A stretch of DNA of 1,403 bases from Naegleria gruberi. Its lineage: Eukaryota. Both the position numbers and the translations under genes were made by a program. Position 1 is the first letter of the stretch. Every line of letters begins with the position of its first letter. The DNA lies in the NCBI GenBank assembly GCA_000004985.1, contig GG739431.1. One strand, 5' to 3'. The notes under the pieces were generated by a model that was given only the letters and a program-made list of their open reading frames with translations, was not told where the DNA came from and searched no databases. Shown one piece after another: positions 1 through 1,403 of this stretch.

Positions 1-669
1 TTCAATCGATCAGATGTATTCGCAGAAGAAATTTCACAAGTGATTCTTTCTGGAGGTGGAACACTCAATCCTTCAATAAGGAGTGCAATTATTGATCGAT
101 ATTTCAAAGATGGAAATGTTTCGAATATTTTACAAGCATCAACCATAGGTGCAGCTCTTCAAGCAGCTGTAGTATATGAACCATTCCAAACTGTTTCTTT
201 AATACTGGCACCATTTTCTCTTGGGATTGAGAATTCTGACAGCCAGTTAGTGAAAATCATTGAAAGAGGAACAGTTCTGCCAACTGTCAAGAAGATGGTC
301 TTTTCTAGTGAAAGAGGATTTCTTGATTCTGTTGATTTTTGTATATTTGCTGGTGATAACATTTATGAAATGGAAAAGAATATTCAATTAGGTCAATTGA
401 CCTTGGAAGGAATTGAGTTGACTGAAAAGGGGAAATCTCAAATTGAAGTTTCTTTTGAATTGAGTGATAGTTTCATTCTCAATGTTACTGCCACTGATTT
501 AACAACCAAAGAAAAGAGTGAAAAGTTAATTTCTTTGGAAAAGTTAGAAAGTAATAGGGAACTCACAAACAAACTTGAACAGGATGCTTCCAAAGATGGA
601 GAAGAGAAGGAAATTAGAAAATTACTCCATACTTATAATTCACCAAGTGTTCTCCATGAAGAATTGTAA
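1..669 (+). CDS. Hsp70-family molecular chaperone, C-terminal portion. 5' partial, open at the window edge. Covers the end of the nucleotide-binding domain, the linker, the substrate-binding beta domain and a truncated lid, with C-terminal HEEL.
   Basis: Frame 1 has no stop from nt 1 to the TAA at 667-669. The translation ...EEISQVILSGGGTLNPSIRSAI...ASTIGAALQAAVV matches the Hsp70 connect motif IVLVGGSTRIPKVQ and DEAVAYGAAVQAA. SLILAPFSLGIE matches the interdomain linker DLLLLDVTPLSLGIE. LVKIIERGTVLPTVKKMVFSS matches LIKRNTTIPTKKSQVFST. NIQLGQLTLEGIELTEKGKSQIEVSFELSDSFILNVTATDLTTKEKSEKLIS matches [51 protein letters not shown]. The protein ends ...SPSVLHEEL immediately before TAA. The ORF-track start at 40 is a GTG and the frame continues upstream to nt 1. 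Confidence 0.88.
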   Translation, partial: FNRSDVFAEEISQVILSGGGTLNPSIRSAIIDRYFKDGNVSNILQASTIGAALQAAVVYEPFQTVSLILAPFSLGIENSDSQLVKIIERGTVLPTVKKMVFSSERGFLDSVDFCIFAGDNIYEMEKNIQLGQLTLEGIELTEKGKSQIEVSFELSDSFILNVTATDLTTKEKSEKLISLEKLESNRELTNKLEQDASKDGEEKEIRKLLHTYNSPSVLHEEL

Positions 670-699
670 ATAGCCAATTCAATTACAATAATAGATAAG

Positions 700-705
700 T
701 TTATT
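700..705 (-). promoter_or_regulatory. Candidate polyadenylation signal AATAAA for the minus-strand gene
   Basis: The + strand tttatt at 700-705 is AATAAA on the minus strand, about 70 nt downstream of the TAA at 776..774. AT-rich sequence produces such hexamers by chance, so this is weak. Confidence 0.25.
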
Positions 706-773
706 ACACTTTAGTATGGACAATATACAAAAATATTTCAAAAACTGTTTCGTTTAAGAAAGAATTTGACCAC

Positions 774-1217
774 TTAAGGAATTCTAACACAAACAGTTTG
801 TCCACTCTTTCCACCTCCATTCAACAACTTTCTAGCTTGATATTCAACTTCTTGAAAAACTCTTCTCTTGCGTTCTTCCAAAATCTTGGCTCTTCTCTTT
901 GCTTTCTCAGCACATCTTTCAGCTGCCTTTCTTTGGGCTTCTTGAGCTCTACTCTTTGCTTTGGATTCAGCTTGATCTTTCTTATTGGCAGCCTCAGCGA
1001 GCTCTCTAGATTTCTTGGCATTCGACTGCTTCTTTCATTCTCTTTATAGCTTCTTGAGCATCTCTTTGGAGTTTTCTGGCTAATTCCTCAGCTTGTCTCT
1101 TTCTTTCTTCTGCTAATTGTATGGCTAGTTTCTTCAAGACCTCTTTGAGCAGCTTCTTTGGCTTTCTTGGCAGGCTTTGAGGACCTTCTTTCTATCTTTC
1201 ATAACCTTCTTGATCAT
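774..1217 (-). CDS. Gene for a highly charged Ala/Lys/Glu/Arg-rich helical (coiled-coil-like) protein of unknown family, with its reading frame interrupted by frameshifts. Possible pseudogene, indel errors or recoding. The 3' 87 codons (1034..774) are intact.
   Basis: Minus-strand ATG at 1217..1215 sits in an aaaATGa context, with an in-frame TAA 27 nt upstream. The start frame reads MIKKVMKDRKKVLKA..., then degrades (CQESQRSCSKRS) and stops at TGA 1136..1134. The +1 frame reads ...PAKKAKEAAQRGLEE... The +2 frame reads ...KEVLKKLAIQLAEERKRQAEELARKLQRDAQEAIKRMKEAVE... and stops at TAG 1008..1006. The original frame is open again from 1034 and reads AKKSRELAEAANKKDQAESKAKSRAQEAQRKAAERCAEKAKRRAKILEERKRRVFQEVEYQARKLLNGGGKSGQTVCVRIP, ending at TAA 776..774. 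That last segment has no in-frame ATG, so it needs the upstream start. Codon pattern is GCN/AAG/GAA/AGA with purine at codon position 1. Net frame is conserved. I do not recognise the product family. Confidence 0.55.
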
Positions 1218-1357
1218 TTTCTTTCCAATCCTTGACAACAGTTATTCTTAAACAATAGATCCAAGTTGTTGCTTCCAAACAAGATATGCTCAACTTGACT
1301 CCATTAGATTTAATGGGATCAATATTTCCGAAACCAGACTTTACAAATTCCATCAAA
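1218..1357. promoter_or_regulatory. Short divergent intergenic region, presumed to carry promoters and 5' UTRs for both genes
   Basis: 140 bp separates the minus-strand ATG at 1217 from the plus-strand ATG at 1358. No defined motif was recognised. The call rests on position only. Confidence 0.3.
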
Positions 1358-1403
1358 ATGGCGAAAAAGAAGAAAACTAAAATTTTGCAATTAAAAATTA
1401 AAA
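1358..1403 (+). CDS. Possible 5' end of a + strand gene, 3' partial, with N-terminus MAKKKKTKILQLKIK...
   Basis: ATG at 1358 in a strong aaaATGg context, open to the window end (15 codons only). It lies 140 bp from the divergently oriented ATG at 1217. It is too short to assign a product. Confidence 0.2.
   Translation, partial: MAKKKKTKILQLKIK

Noticed and set aside
159-362. Minus-strand 67-aa ORF inside the Hsp70 coding region
   Set aside because: It is antisense to a strongly supported, homology-backed CDS and has no features of its own.
670-773. Search of the convergent spacer and the whole window for tRNA-like cloverleafs, CRISPR repeats, transposon terminal inverted repeats, and the giant-virus early promoter motif AAAATTGA
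   Set aside because: None were found. The spacer is plain AT-rich sequence with only the weak AATAAA at 700-705 (minus strand) and some yeast-like TAG...TATG...TTT 3'-end-like elements that could easily be chance.
667-840. Possibility of a ciliate-type code (TAA/TAG = Gln) that would extend the Hsp70 ORF to the TGA at 838-840 and explain the in-frame stops in the minus gene
   Set aside because: The Hsp70 ORF ends exactly on the ER-retention-like HEEL. All nine Gln codons in the 223 visible codons are CAA/CAG, with no TAA/TAG. Reading through the stops in frame 0 of the minus gene gives a poorer, Cys/Ser-rich protein than the shifted frames. The minus gene also contains in-frame TGA stops.
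821-1021. ORF-track minus ORF of 66 aa (MPRNLESSLRLPIRKIKLNPKQRV...) in frame +1 relative to the gene
   Set aside because: It overlaps the same DNA in a different frame. The frame-0 reading is longer (87 codons, to the TAA at 774), has the G/A-first codon periodicity (GCN, GAN, AAN), and continues the Ala-Lys-Lys repeat units seen upstream. The +1 ORF uses CTG, TCG and AGG codons that are otherwise avoided here. The frame-0 segment lacks its own ATG, which fits a larger interrupted gene rather than favouring the +1 ORF.
798-1049. ORF-track + strand ORF of 83 aa (MSTLSTSIQQLSSLIFNFLKNSSLAFF..., S/L/F/C-rich low complexity)
   Set aside because: It is the antisense shadow of the purine-rich AAG/GAA/GCC coding strand. 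Ser/Leu/Phe-rich reverse-frame ORFs are the expected artefact of K/E/A-rich genes. It has no codon-usage or motif support.
1014-1184. Each frame transition can be bridged formally by a tiny GT...AG element whose length is 1 mod 3: GTCCTCAAAGCCTGCCAAG (19 nt, 1184..1166), GTCTTGAAGAAACTAG (16 nt, 1140..1125), GTCGAATGCCAAG (13 nt, 1026..1014). All three begin with GTC.
   Set aside because: 13 to 19 nt is at or below the smallest known spliceosomal introns (about 15-16 nt in Stentor, about 18 nt in some nucleomorphs). GT and AG are abundant by chance in AAG-rich sequence. The candidates have no pyrimidine tract or branch-point-like sequence. I have kept them as a formal alternative that cDNA would settle.

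Overview
This is a 1403-bp AT-rich window that looks eukaryotic and uses the standard genetic code. The long ORF ends exactly at HEEL-TAA and all its Gln codons are CAA/CAG, which argues against a ciliate-type code.

(1) nt 1-669 (+) is the 3' part of a divergent Hsp70-family chaperone gene. It is open at the left edge of the window. It covers the end of the ATPase domain, the interdomain linker, the beta-sandwich substrate-binding domain and an unusually short C-terminal lid, and ends in the ER-retention-like tetrapeptide HEEL.

(2) nt 670-773 is a roughly 104-bp convergent 3' spacer.

(3) nt 774-1217 (-) is a gene whose coding strand is purine-rich, so the + strand shows a CT-rich low-complexity run. 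It encodes a highly charged Ala/Lys/Glu/Arg-rich, predicted alpha-helical protein. The reading frame is not continuous. It starts at the ATG at 1217, moves through the other two frames, and returns to the starting frame for the last 87 codons (1034..774, TAA at 776..774). This means a frameshifted pseudogene, indel sequencing errors, or some form of recoding. Two of the shift points sit on the same decamer TGCCAAGAAA.

(4) nt 1218-1357 is a short divergent spacer, followed by a probable + strand ATG at 1358 (MAKKKKTKILQLKIK...) that runs off the window.

No rRNA or tRNA genes, CRISPR arrays or recognisable mobile elements are present. The S/L/F-rich + strand ORF 798..1049 and the - ORF 821..1021 from the ORF track are out-of-frame or antisense shadows of the charged-protein gene.
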